64,000 nucleotides of DNA, from contig CM075987.1 of NCBI GenBank assembly GCA_038087875.1, positions 16,680,001-16,744,000 on the forward strand, read 5' to 3'. Under the pieces are notes generated by a model, which saw only the letters and a list, made by a program, of their open reading frames with translations, had not been told where the DNA came from and did not search any database. Shown in pieces: positions 13,047 through 24,495 of the stretch (position 1 is the first letter of the stretch; each line of letters begins with the position of its first letter). Source of the DNA: Malacoraja senta. Taxonomy: Eukaryota. Made by a program: the position numbers and the translations under genes.

Positions 13047-13483
13047 AGGGCTGTCTCCGCGTACTCGAGGCCTCAGCTTATTTATGCCAAGCCAACTAAC
13101 CTTTTTTACTTATGGACATTTTTCATCAGGCTAGAAAAACGCCCGCGAGTAAAAAAAATCGATACTTTTTTTTACTTGTAGTAGGTTTAGTCGTAGCAGG
13201 TCGTAGTAGGTCGGCATGTTAGTCGTAGGTAATCGAGGGTAGTCGAAGGTAGTCAAAGGTGGTCGTAGATAGTCTTCATCATAGTCGAAGGGAGGTCAAA
13301 GGGAGGTCGAAGGAGATCGAAGGAGGTCGTCTTCACTCTCCACTATTCGGTGTCCAATTTTCCTGAAGTTAGTCGTAGCTAGTCTTCAACATAGTCGAAG
13401 GAGGTCTTCAACATGACATTTTTTCAAACTCTCCTAAACTCTTCTAAACTTGCCAATTAGGTCGCCCAAGTGGGACAGCCCCT
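13047..13483. mobile_element. Harbinger-like MITE (deletion derivative of the 23216-23748 family)
   Basis: Near-identical interior rich in GTCGAAG/GTCGTAG repeats; right TIR ..GTGGGACAGCCCCT; left TIR truncated by an internal deletion. Confidence 0.75.
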
Positions 13484-14290
13484 TTTGGCTACTCCCAATG
13501 TAGAACTGGCCAAGGCGATCTGTTGCTGACGGTGAATTTATGGACATAAGCTGGAACAAATCTTCCGTAGCTAAGACCATCAGATTGCGTACTGTACATG
13601 TGGGGCCGAGATGCTGTCCTCTCGCAAGTGTACATGAACAGGGCTACATGAAAGATGCCTGCCTCTTTAGGGACACATCTAAATGGTGTAAATCGGCATG
13701 TATCAAGGGTCCCAACCCGAAACTTCACCCATCTTTTTTCTCCAAAGGTGCTGTCTGACCCGCTGAGTTACTCCAGCAGTTTGTGTCTATCTTTGGTATG
13801 AACCTGCATCTGCAGTTCTTTCTTTCTACATCTTGTGGTCTATTGGTGGATGATGGAAGGCCTTCTGCTGATAAATCTCTCTCACTGTCTATATTTTGAT
13901 CAGATTTTTGTAAATCTGATGGTGTTATAGCTGAATCCCACAGGCTCTTGCTCTGAATTGAGCAATGTCATGTTTATTTCGCCCCAGTATTAAGTTCAGA
14001 GTGACTAAAATTTGCAATAATCCCTCCCAACAAACCCCACCCCATGCACTGACCACACTCGTTCCCGGCACACTTCGTCACTAATGACTCTGTGGTATTG
14101 GTTAAAACATTGGAACATTTGCAGACATGAGCCTCAGTAACTTTTTCCATTCGGTAATTTTTCCCATTGTACAAGTTCTTTCTTTGGCCCAGCTCTCGTG
14201 TGCTTTGGAGCAGTAAACACAGGACGTTAGTCTATGCCATTCTGGCCATTCTGTGGATGACGTGAAAGCAGAGCTTTGCTCGACATCTAG

Positions 14291-14610
14291 TAGCCCTGTC
14301 CCACAGTACGAGTTCATTCTAAGAGCTCTCCCGAGTTTAAAAAAAATCAAACTCGTGGTAAGCACGGAGAATGAACGTAGCGGGTACGTCGGAGCTCGGG
14401 GACGTCTCTTAGCGCTAACGGCAGGTACTCGGGAAGACTCGCTAACGGCAGGTAAGCGCGGGAAGAATCGTGAAGATTTTTCAACATGATGAAAAATGTC
14501 CACGAGAGCCCCGAGTACCGATGAGTGGCCATTACCGTAAATCTCCGAGTTCGAATCAGGGTAAACTCGGGAGAACTCTTGGAATGAACTCGTACCGTGG
14601 GACAGGGGTT
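14291..14610. mobile_element. MITE with about 45-bp TIRs (CCCTGTCCCAC family)
   Basis: Left AGCCCTGTCCCACAGTACGAGTTCATTC mirrors right GAATGAACTCGTACCGTGGGACAGGGGTT. Confidence 0.85.
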
Positions 14611-15470
14611 TAAGGCTGCCGCACCTAACCTTGGATGGGGGCAAAGAAGGAAAAAATGTTAATTGCTGGACATAGCCCGGGCAAAGATCTCACAATCTGC
14701 GTTGCAGTGAGAGACCGGAAGAGAGAGAATCATTTCTCATGGACAGAAGGACAAGGACGACCCTGAGGCATCAGAGGGGCACCTCCCCCAGGCATCAGTC
14801 TTTCCTCCAGGACTTGTGCATGGTCGCCCCTCGGACATCCCAGTCAACCTGTCCCGCCCTGGAGACCTGCCTCACGGGAGCTCAGTAAAGATCAGCAAAG
14901 TGTCCGGGACTTGACCAGGTTCAAGGATTTACTGACCTCGACTGGCAGAGGTGACGAGATAAATACACAAGGGGGAAGAAAATAAAAGATCAATGCTGAT
15001 GGTCACATTTAGAGATGGGCTTCTGTGGACACTGGCCGAGGCAGTACTCTGCTTCTATCCCACCTTAGATGTTTAAGGTGAGAGGGGCATCGTTTAAAGG
15101 AGAACGGGGCAAGTTGTTTTTACGCAGTGGTGCCAGGAAAACACTGCCAGGGGTGGTGGCGTAGTACATATTGTAGGGGCATTTAAAAAGCTTTCCGATA
15201 GGGAATGGAGGAATATGGGTCATGTGCAGGCAGAGGAGATTAGTTTAACTTGGCACCATGTTCGGCACGGACATTGTGGGCCGAAGGGCCCATTTCTGTG
15301 CTGTACCATTCTGTGTTCTATGACAGGATGGGTTTGGAGGAGCTCTGGACCAGCTGTTACATGTGTTAAATAAATCAGTGGTGATTCACACAGGCACTGG
15401 AGAGATTGAAGAGAGTTGTTCAGCTCCCATGATTAATATAAAATGGAGCTGGTCTGGGTTTGCAATCTGT

Positions 15471-15695
15471 GTAGGAAGGAACTGCAGATGCTGGTTTAAA
15501 TCGAAGATAGACACAAAATGCTGGAGTAACTCAGCAGGACAGGCAGCATCTGTGGAGAGAAAGAATGGGTGATGTTTTTGGGTCGAGACCCATCTGCAGG
15601 CTGAAGAAGGGTGTCGACCAGAAATGTCACCCATTCCTTCTCTCCAGAGAAGCTGCCTGTCCCGCTGAGTTACTCCAGCATTTTGTGTCTTATCT
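15471..15695. mobile_element. Fold-back PLE-derived unit with hammerhead-like motifs, 16-bp TSD
   Basis: Inverted arms of about 90 bp. TGGGTTTGCAATCTGT is duplicated at 15455-15470 and 15696-15711. Confidence 0.85.
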
Positions 15696-17352
15696 TGGGT
15701 TTGCAATCTGTCCAGTCTTGGTTCCTCACCCACCTGCATGTTTTGACCGTGTGATGTCCTGAGTGTTGTGGAGCTGTCTGGAACTTTCAGTCCTCGGATT
15801 CTTCTTTGCTTCCTTTGCCAACATGCAAAGAAAAAACGAGTAGCTCCCTCCTTGCCAAATGTCAACTGCTCTTAACGCAGCCATAGAAACACACATCTGC
15901 CCAAGTGCAGCCTCCAGCTAACAGCGCGGATCTACAGCTGCATGCCAGCTGGTAAATAAGCTCACCTCTGGCAGGGAGCGCTGGTAGGAGTGAAGGAGGT
16001 GAACCGATTGCCAAATAAACCCTGCTGCTGTTGGTGTGATGGCAACAGGCATTCACCTGGATCTTCTGGAGTCTGTTACTTGCGATCTGTTGGAAAAGTC
16101 ACTGGAAAAAACATGAAATTAAAAATTCATATTGATGAGACGCCAGCAACAAATGTTTGCATTTCTCTGAGAAATAGCGTGTCCTGGAGAGTTTTAATTG
16201 CAGCCTTATTATTGACAGTATGTTGCACTTCATCTAGAAAGAGGTCCCTCAGGTAATACCCCACAGAGGGTGGGCAATGATCAGAGAGTTAGTAGGGTGG
16301 TTGATCTGGTTGGCAGCTGATGAAATGGACAGGACCAAAATAGCATCCAGTCTAAAACACTAAACCCAGTCCTCTGATGCACTAGCATTTTAGTGGGGAG
16401 ATAATCACAGAGTTAAACAACATGGAACCAGGTCCTTTGGTCCACCTCGTCCATGCCGATCAAGATGCCCGTTTGCCCGCATTTAGCCCATATCCCTCGA
16501 AACCTTTCCTATCTGTGTACATGCCCAAGTGGCATTTAAATGTTGTTGTTGTACCTGCCGCTACAACTTCCTCTGACAGTTCGTTGCATATCCCCACCAT
16601 CCTCTGAGTGAATCGGAATGAATGATTTATTCATTCATGAATGAATATATTTAAATTGAATTTAAATGTCCCTACGTTTCCTGCCCTGTGCAGCACGCTG
16701 GCAAGCTGGCAATCCCATCAGATGTTGGTCGGGACAGAGCTTTGTGTTCACAGGTTCTACGAGTAGAATTAGGCCATTCGGCCCATCGAGTCTACACTGC
16801 CATTCAGTCATGGCTGATCTCTGCCTCCTAATCCTGTTTTCCTGCCTTTTCCCCATAACCCTTGTCACCCGTTCTAATCGAGAATTTGTCTATCTCTGCC
16901 TTAAAAATATCCACTGACTTGGCCTCCTACAGCCCTCTGTGGCAATGAGTTCCACAGATTAACAACGCTCTGACTAAAGATGTTCCCCCTCACCTCCTTT
17001 CTAAAAGAGCACCGCCTAGACTCTCCCACCAGTGGAAACATCCTTTGCGCATGCACTCAGATCTATCTCTATCTATGCCTTTGATTATTCTGTAAGTTTC
17101 AATGAGGTCCCAACCTCCCTCCTTTCCCCTCCCAACAGAACAGGCACAAAAATCTCCCAACCCTATCTCACCCAATGCAACAGTGAGTAGAATCTACCAA
17201 CCACCTCCCTCCCAATTCACCAGGACTAAAATCTAGCCGTTTTCTTCCCTGTGCTCCTGCAAGTTTGAGCTCTTTTGGTTTTTGTTCCAAATCTCCAGTC
17301 CCTGCCGTGTTTGCTTTGACTTAATGACCATTAGTTTCCTCGTTACTTTCAG

Positions 17353-17487
17353 TTCGTGGACACAGATAATATTCTGACTGACAACCAAACGCTCAACCTG
17401 CTGATGGCAGAGAACAAGACCGTGATCGCCCCACTACTGATGTCGCAGGCAGCTTACTCCAACTTCTGGTGTGGGATCACTCCTCAG
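17353..17487 (+). CDS. CERCAM: CERCAM-like coding exon 4 (135 nt), contains DxD motif
   Basis: tttcag|TTC GTG GAC ACA GAT... encodes [45 protein letters not shown]; donor CAG|gtaatg. Confidence 0.95.
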
Positions 17488-17759
17488 GTAATGAACTGCT
17501 TCTGCAGATCCTGCTTGTTGAAATGATCGGGCGTCACAGTGGCGCAGCAGTAGAGTTGATTAGTACGGGTGTCAGAGGTTAGGGGAGAAGGCAGGAGAAT
17601 GGGGTTAGCAGGAAGAGATAGATCAGCCATGATTGAGTAGACTTGTTGGGCCAAATGGCTTAATTCTACTCCTATTTCTTATGATCTTTTGACTTGCTGC
17701 CTCACAGCATAAGAGTCTTGGGTACGATGCTGACTACAGATGCAGTCTGTACTCAGCAT

Positions 17760-18500
17760 CCTCAGACTAGGAAAAGGGGAGATGCAGCGAGACCTGGGTG
17801 TCATGGTACACCAGTCATTAAAAGTAGGCATGCAGGTGCAGCAGGCAGTGAAGAAAGCGAATGGTATGTTAGCTTTCATAGCAAAAGGATTTGAGTATAG
17901 GAGCAGGGAGGTTCTACTGCAGTTGTACAGGGTCTTGGTGAGACCACACCTGGAGTATTGCGTACAGTTTTGGTCTCCAAATCTGAGGAAGGACATTATT
18001 GTCATAGAGGGAGTGCAGAGAAGGTTCACCAGACTGATTCCTGGGATGTCAGGACTGTCTTATGAAGAAAGACTGGATAGACTTGGTTTATACTCTCTAG
18101 AATTTAGGAGATTGAGAGGTGATCTTATAGAAACTTACAAAATTCTTAAGGGGTTGGACAGGCTAGATGCAGGAAGATTGCTCCCGATGTTGGGGAAGTC
18201 CAGGACAAGGGGTCACAGCTTAAGGATAAGGGGGAAATCCTTTAAAACCGAGATGAGAAGAACTTATTTCACACAGAGAGTGGTGAATCTCTGGAACTCT
18301 CTGCCACAGAGGGTAGTCGAGGCCAGTTCATTGGCTATATTTAAGAGGGAGTTAGATGTGGCTAAAGGGATCAGAGGGTATGGAGAGAAGGCAGGTACGG
18401 GATACTGAGTTGGATGATCAGCCATGATCATATTGAATGGCGGTGCAGGCTCGAAGGGCCGAATGGCCTACTCCTGCACCTAATTTCTATGTTTCTATGT
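17760..18500 (+). mobile_element. CR1 LINE 3' fragment (ORF2 C-terminus open)
   Basis: ORF 17740-18408 RDLGV..VRPHLEYCVQFWSP..QRVVNLWNSLP; tail. Confidence 0.95.
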
Positions 18501-18540
18501 ACAGAGTTTGTACATTCTCCCTGTGACCGCATGGGTTTTT

Positions 18541-18845
18541 GTTTTAGTTTAGTTTAGAGATACTGTACAGCAAGGAAACAGGCCCTTCGGCCCACCAGCG
18601 ATCCCAGCACATTAACACTACACACACACACTCGGGACAATTTTGTTTACATTTATACCAAGCCAATAAACCTACAAACCTGTACGTCTTTGGAGTGTGG
18701 GAGGAACCGAAGATCTCGGAGAAAACCCACACAGGTCACGGGGAGAACGAACAAACTCCGTACAGACAAGCACCCGTAGTCAGGATCGAATCCGGGTCTC
18801 TGGCGCTGTAAGGCAGTAGCTCTATCGCTGCTCCACCGTGCCGCT
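18541..18845 (-). mobile_element. HE1-type V-SINE nested in another SINE
   Basis: (TTTAG)n at the left end and a reverse-complement head at the right. Confidence 0.85.
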
Positions 18846-19581
18846 GGCTTTCTCCGGACGCTCTGGTTTCCTTCCACATTCCAAAGACGCGCAGTTTTGT
18901 AGGTTAATTGACTTCTGTAAACTGTCCCCAGTGAGTAGGATTCAAAACTGGGATAACATAGAACTAGTGTTATTCACAAATCTGTCATTGGGCGGCACAG
19001 ACTCGGTTGGCCAATGGGCCTGTTCCCACGCTGGATCTCTAAACTAAGGTTAATTGGCCATTGTAAAATTGCCCCTTGTGTGTAGAGGAATGGGAAAATC
19101 TGAGGGGAATTGATAAAAATATGGAGAGAATAAAGTTGGATTAGATTAGAACATAAAGTGCTGGAGTAACTCAGCGGGCCAGGCAGCATCTCTGTATCAG
19201 CAATGTTTCAGGTCGAGACCCATCTTCAGACTGAAGGGGTCGAAGGCTCCAGACACAACACAATTAGAGAGAATTTACAGAGTTCAATTAACCTACAACC
19301 CCGTATGTGTTTGGGATATGGGAGGAAACCGGAGCACCCAGGGGACCCCCAACATAGTCACAGGGAGAACATGCAAACTCCACACAGACAGCACCTGAAG
19401 TCTGGAACGAACCCCAGTCTCTGACTCTGTGAGGAAGCGGCTCTACTGGTTGCACCACTGTGGCGTCCTCATCATGTATGAAGATGAAATGAGCAGGGAA
19501 AGCAGGATCAGGGTATCGGAGGTAATGGGGAGAAGGCAGGAGAATGGGGTTACGAGGGAAAGATAGATCAGCCATAGATCA

Positions 19582-19905
19582 TGGCGGCATGGTGATGTAG
19601 CAGTAGAGTTGCTGCCTTACAGCGCTTTCATTGCCAGAGACGCAGGTTCGATCTCGACTACAGGTGCTGCCTGTACGGAGTTTCTACGTTATTCCCCGTG
19701 ACTGCGTGGGTTTTCTCCCAGATCTTCAGTTTCCTCCCACACCCCAAAGACATTCAGGTTTATAGATTACCAATTGGCTTGGTATAAATATAAATGACCC
19801 TCAGTGTGTGTAGGAGAGTATTAATGTGCGGGGATCGCTGGTCGGTGTGGACTCGGTGGGCCAAAGGGCCTGTTTCCTCATTGTATCTCCAAACTAAACT
19901 AAACA
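19582..19905 (+). mobile_element. HE1-type V-SINE
   Basis: Consensus match, AAACT tail. Confidence 0.85.
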
Positions 19906-20047
19906 AGGTATGATTGAATGGTGGAGTAGACTTGATGGGTCAAAGGGCCTCATTCTGCTCCTACTACTTATGAAGTATGAAAGTGAGTGGTGAATGTGAG
20001 AATGGCTGGCACTGGACTGTAATGTATCTTTGCTTTGTTTGATGCAG

Positions 20048-20252
20048 GGGTATTACCGTCGGACAGCAGAGTACTTCCCCACGCGGCACCACCAGAGATT
20101 AGGCTGCTTTGCCGTGCCCATGGTGCACTCCACCTTCCTGATCGACCTGCGCAAGGAGGCGGCACAGGGCCTGGCCTTCTATCCCCCGCACCCGGACTTC
20201 TCCTGGGCCTTCGACGACATCATCGTCTTTGCGTTTTCCTGTCGTGCCTCAG
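20048..20252 (+). CDS. CERCAM: CERCAM-like coding exon 5 (205 nt)
   Basis: Encodes [80 protein letters not shown] matches CERCAM rather than COLGALT1/2 as recalled. AG/GT boundaries. Confidence 0.95.
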
Positions 20253-20562
20253 GTAGCTGGCGCGAGCGCGGGCAGGAGGCCACGGGCTGGAGAACCACCG
20301 GCAGAGTTACCTTCACTGATCTAGTACACGGAACTACTTTCTCTGCCAAGACCAAACGTCTCGGTCTTTCAAAGAGCTTGTAAACCGTGCTGTTATTATT
20401 GGTGGGTCAGGGTGGGCTGATATTCCATCCGCACCTCTCCCTGTTCTCATATTGCTATTTTCAGTCCTTTTGACTGAGGGTCCGTTCTGACCCTCAGTCA
20501 TTGAGCATTTATAAGATGGGGACTTTTAAGTGGGTTTTTCAGATACTGGGGGAAGATGGAAA

Positions 20563-21098
20563 GTCCCCTAATTTGAGGAAAGACATTCTTGCTATTGAGG
20601 GAGTGCAGCGTAGGTTTACAAGGTTAATTCCCGGGATGGCGGGACTGTCATATGCTGAGAGAATGGAGCAGCTGGGCTTGTACACTCTGGAGTTTAGAAG
20701 GATGAGAGGGCATCTCATTGAAACATAGAAGATTGTTAAGGGCTTGGACACACTAGAGGCAGGAAACCTGTTCCCGATGTTGGGGGAGTCCAGAACCAGG
20801 GGCCACAGTTTAAGAATAAGGAGTAAGCCATTTAGAACGGAGACGAGGAAACACTTTTTCTCACAGAGAGTGGTGAGTCTGTGGAATTCTCTGCCTCAGA
20901 GGGCGGTGGAGGCAGGTTCTTTGGATGCTTTCGAGAGAGAGCTAGATAAGGCTCTTAAAAATAGCGGAGTCAGGGGATATGGGGAGAAGGCAGGAACGGG
21001 GTACTGATTGGGGATGATCAGCCATGATCACATTGAATGGCGGTGCTGGCTCGAAGGGCCGAATGGCCTACTCCTGCGTCTATTGTCTATTGTCTATT
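20563..21098 (+). mobile_element. CR1 LINE 3' fragment
   Basis: SPNLRKDILAIEGVQRRFTRLIPG..., in-frame stop, (TCTATTG)n tail. Confidence 0.9.
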
Positions 21099-22101
21099 GG
21101 GTCAGGAAAGTATGGCTGAGCACCAATCTGACCCTTTAGCCAGAGGGTAGTTAATCTGTGGAACTCATTGCCACAGAGGGCTGTGGAGGTCGTCAGTGGA
21201 TATTTTTTAAGGCAGAGAGAGACAAATTCTTGATTAGAAGGGGTGTCAAGGGTTATGGGGAAAGGCAGGCCAATGGGATTAGTAAGCAGAGATCAGACAT
21301 GATTGAATGGCGGAGTAGACTTGATCGGCCGAATGGCCTAATTCTGCTTATAACCTGTGAACTTGTGAAGAACTCAGAGATACAGTAAGATTCTCAAGCC
21401 TACCCTGCCATATACTAAGACATTGGTTAATTGAATGGCTTAGGTTTGTAAAGTCTCTTGCTATTATCTTGTTCTCAATGTCAGCGGCATTGGATCAAGT
21501 GAATGGGTTGGTGCTGGGCCTTGGGTAACTTGAGGTGGATTGGCTGAAGGTTGGAGACTTTTGGTGCTTTTTGATAGAATAGACAATAGACAAGTTGAAG
21601 ATGTTACCAGGACTCTAAGTTCTGAGCTATCGGGGATGTTGGGCAGGCTAGAACTTTATTCCTTGGAGCCAGAGGCTGAGGGGTGATCTTATCGAGGTGT
21701 CTAAAATCATGAGGGGGAATAGATAGTGTGAATCCGCACAGCCTTTTTTCCCCAGAGTGAAGGAATCAAGAACTCGAGGGTGAGAGGAGAAAGAATTAAT
21801 AGGAACTTGAGGGGCAACTCTTTTCCACAGAGGGAGGTTGATATAAGGAATGAGCTGCCAGAGGAAATAGTCGAGGCAGGTACTATAAGAAAATGTAAAA
21901 AGTATTTGGACAGTTTACATGGATAGGCAAGGTTTAGATGAATATGGGCCAAATACAGGCAAGTGGGACTTGGCGAGGGCCAAAGAGCCTGTTCTGCACT
22001 GTATGACTCTAAGTGTGAAGTGTTCCAGGCAGTGATGGCTGGATGGTGAGGCTAAACAAGTTGCCATGTCTGATCAGCTTCCCTGCTGTTTTTGTTTGCA
22101 G

Positions 22102-22221
22102 AGGTCCAGATGTATGTGTGCAATAAAGAGCAATATGGTTTCATCAACATTCCTGGCAAGTCCCAGAGCACACTGGAAGATGACAACCAGAACTTCATCC
22201 ATCTTATGTTGGACGCAATGA
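22102..22221 (+). CDS. CERCAM: CERCAM-like coding exon 6 (120 nt)
   Basis: tttgcag|AG GTC... encodes EVQMYVCNKEQYGFINIPGKSQSTLEDDNQNFIHLMLDAM; donor A|gtaaga. Confidence 0.95.
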   Translation, partial: RSRCMCAIKSNMVSSTFLASPRAHWKMTTRTSSILCWTQ

Positions 22222-22507
22222 GTAAGAGCATCTTTGAGCGTAAATTTCTTTTTTGCCTCATCATTGATGTTTACATTTAGGTTTATTATTGCCAGGTAAA
22301 GTGAAGAGAGAAATACCAGAGTGCAGAAGATAGTTGCTAAACATGGTAGCATAACAGTACCAGAGAAAATGTTGCATGAATGTAAATGAGGTAGGACAGA
22401 AGATTAGGATTACTCCTTCGCTTATTGAAGGGCAGTTAACAGAGAGAATACGTTGTTCCTGAGTCTGGTGGTACATACTTTCAATCTTCTGTATTTTCTT
22501 CCATGTA

Positions 22508-22948
22508 ACTGTAGAGACCATATTATTGTACGGGTGTGAGGCATGGACTCTCACTCGAGCACTGTCCAAGGCTCTCGATGGTACCTACACCCGAATGCTC
22601 AGAAAAGTTCAAAATGTCAGTTGGAGGGACCACATCACCAACGCCCTGCTCTATGGGGAGAATCTATCTCTGACCGAGAAGATCAGGTGGAGAAGGATGA
22701 GGCTCGCTGGTCACTGCCACCCCCCACCCAGAAATGCCAGCAAACAAGGTCATGCTGTAGGAACCCACCCATGGAAGACGTGACCCGGAACGGCCAATCA
22801 AGACCATGCTGAATACGTTGATGGAAGACATGTGTAGAGACCAAAGAGGAATTTGCCAACTACATGGAGGACAGTGATGTGTGGTGCGTCCGTCACCGTG
22901 CCCGTCGGAAACCAGCGTTGCTAATGTTTTCAACGATGATGATGATGT
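22508..22948 (+). mobile_element. RTE-clade LINE 3' fragment
   Basis: ILLYGCEAWTLT..DGTYTRMLR..SWRDHITN..RMRLAGHC; (GAT)n tail. Confidence 0.8.
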
Positions 22949-23215
22949 ATTTGAAGAAGGAATGGCCGGGATGGGAAAGGTCCTTGATTAAGTTGACAGC
23001 TTTCCCAAGAGAGCGCGAAGTGTAGATTAGATCAATGGGTGGTTTGTGTGATGGACAGTACATCCACAACTGTCTGCAACTTCTTCTGGTCTTGAGCAGA
23101 GCTATTTCCAAACCAAGCTGCGATGCTTCATATGTTGCATCTGTAGAAGTTGGTTAGAGGCGTTGGAGACATGCTGAATTTCTTCAGTCTCCTGAGGAAG
23201 AAGATGCATAAAGGA

Positions 23216-23748
23216 AGGGCCTGTCCCACTTGGGCGACCTAATCCGTGAGTTCTGGCGAGTTTGCTCTCGACTCATACTCGCAGCATGGTCGACTCGAGG
23301 TCGTAGGAGGTCTTCGTAACTCTCCTTCATGTTCGAGAGTGGTCTCCGCGTACTCGAGGCCTCAGCTAGGTCACGGCGTTTTTTTCAATATGTTAAAAAA
23401 TGCCCGCGAGTAAAAAAAAAGGTCGCCATGGAAAAAATCGATACTTTTTTTACTCGTAGGTTTAGTCGTAGTAGGTCGTAGTAGGTCGGCATGTTAGTCG
23501 TAGGTAATCGAGGGTAGTCGAAGGTAGTCGTAGATAGTCTACATCATAGTCAAAGGGAGGTCGAAGGAAGGTCGAAGGAGATCGAAGGAGGTCGTCTTCA
23601 CTCTCCACTATTTGGTGTCCAATTTTCCTGAAGTTAGTCGTAGCTAGTCTTCAACATAGTCGAGGGAGGTCGAAGGAGGTCTTCAACATGTCATTTTTAA
23701 AAACTCTTCTAAACTCGCCAACTAGGTCGCCCAAGTGGGACAACCCCT
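23216..23748. mobile_element. Harbinger-like MITE
   Basis: TIRs AGGGCCTGTCCCACTTGGGCGACCTA / TAGGTCGCCCAAGTGGGACAACCCCT. Confidence 0.85.
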
Positions 23749-24175
23749 TTAGGGTGTTTTTTCTTTTAGTTGTAGCTTCAATGTGGTTGTTCCAGGACAA
23801 GTTGGTGATATTGTGGAATAAGTGTGACAGGGAAACAAAAATCATCATGGACACAAATAGACTCTGAACTCCGCTCATGATTCCTTGAACATGGGGTGAA
23901 CATGGGTAACTAGTTAAGTCATTTGCACAAGTACAATGAGTTTCAGGTACAACAAAAATCGTGCTTGCATCAGTATCACAGGCACATAGACTCGGACAAC
24001 ACACAAAAACACACAGATAAATGACCCATAAATTCTGCAAGACAATGAAGAGAAAATGTCTGTGCAAAAAACAAGACATTACAAAACACAATAAGAAAAC
24101 AAGTCCACGGTAGTGCAAGAGGTAGTCCGTAGTTGCCAAGGTAGGAATAGGGTTGTGCAAGTTGGTTCAAGAAGT

Positions 24176-24495
24176 GCACGGTGGCGCAGCGGTAGAGTTG
24201 CTGCCTTACAGCGCTTGCAGTGGCGTAGACCCGGGTTCGATACCGACTACGGGTGCTGTCTGTATGAGTTTGTACGTTCTTCCCGTGACTGCGTGGGTTA
24301 TCGCCGAGATCTTCGGTTCCCTCCCACACTCCAAAGACAAACAGGAATGTAGGTGATTGTATACAGGTAATTGGCCTGGTGTAAATTATCCCGAGTGTAT
24401 GTAGGATCGTGTTAATCTGCTGGGATCGCTGGTCGGCGCGGACATGGTGGACCGAAGAGCCGTTTCTGTGCTGTATCTCTAAACTAAACTAAACG
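24176..24495 (+). mobile_element. HE1-type V-SINE inside a Rex1-like fragment
   Basis: Consensus match. Confidence 0.85.

Noticed and set aside
13190..13410. Periodic GTCGAAG/GTCGTAG array resembling a spacer-repeat array
   Set aside because: It is a MITE interior, repeated at about 23460-23690. There are no unique spacers, and the context is eukaryotic.
14640..14960. GC-richer unique stretch, possibly an LTR-retrotransposon pol remnant
   Set aside because: No convincing motif or sustained frame.
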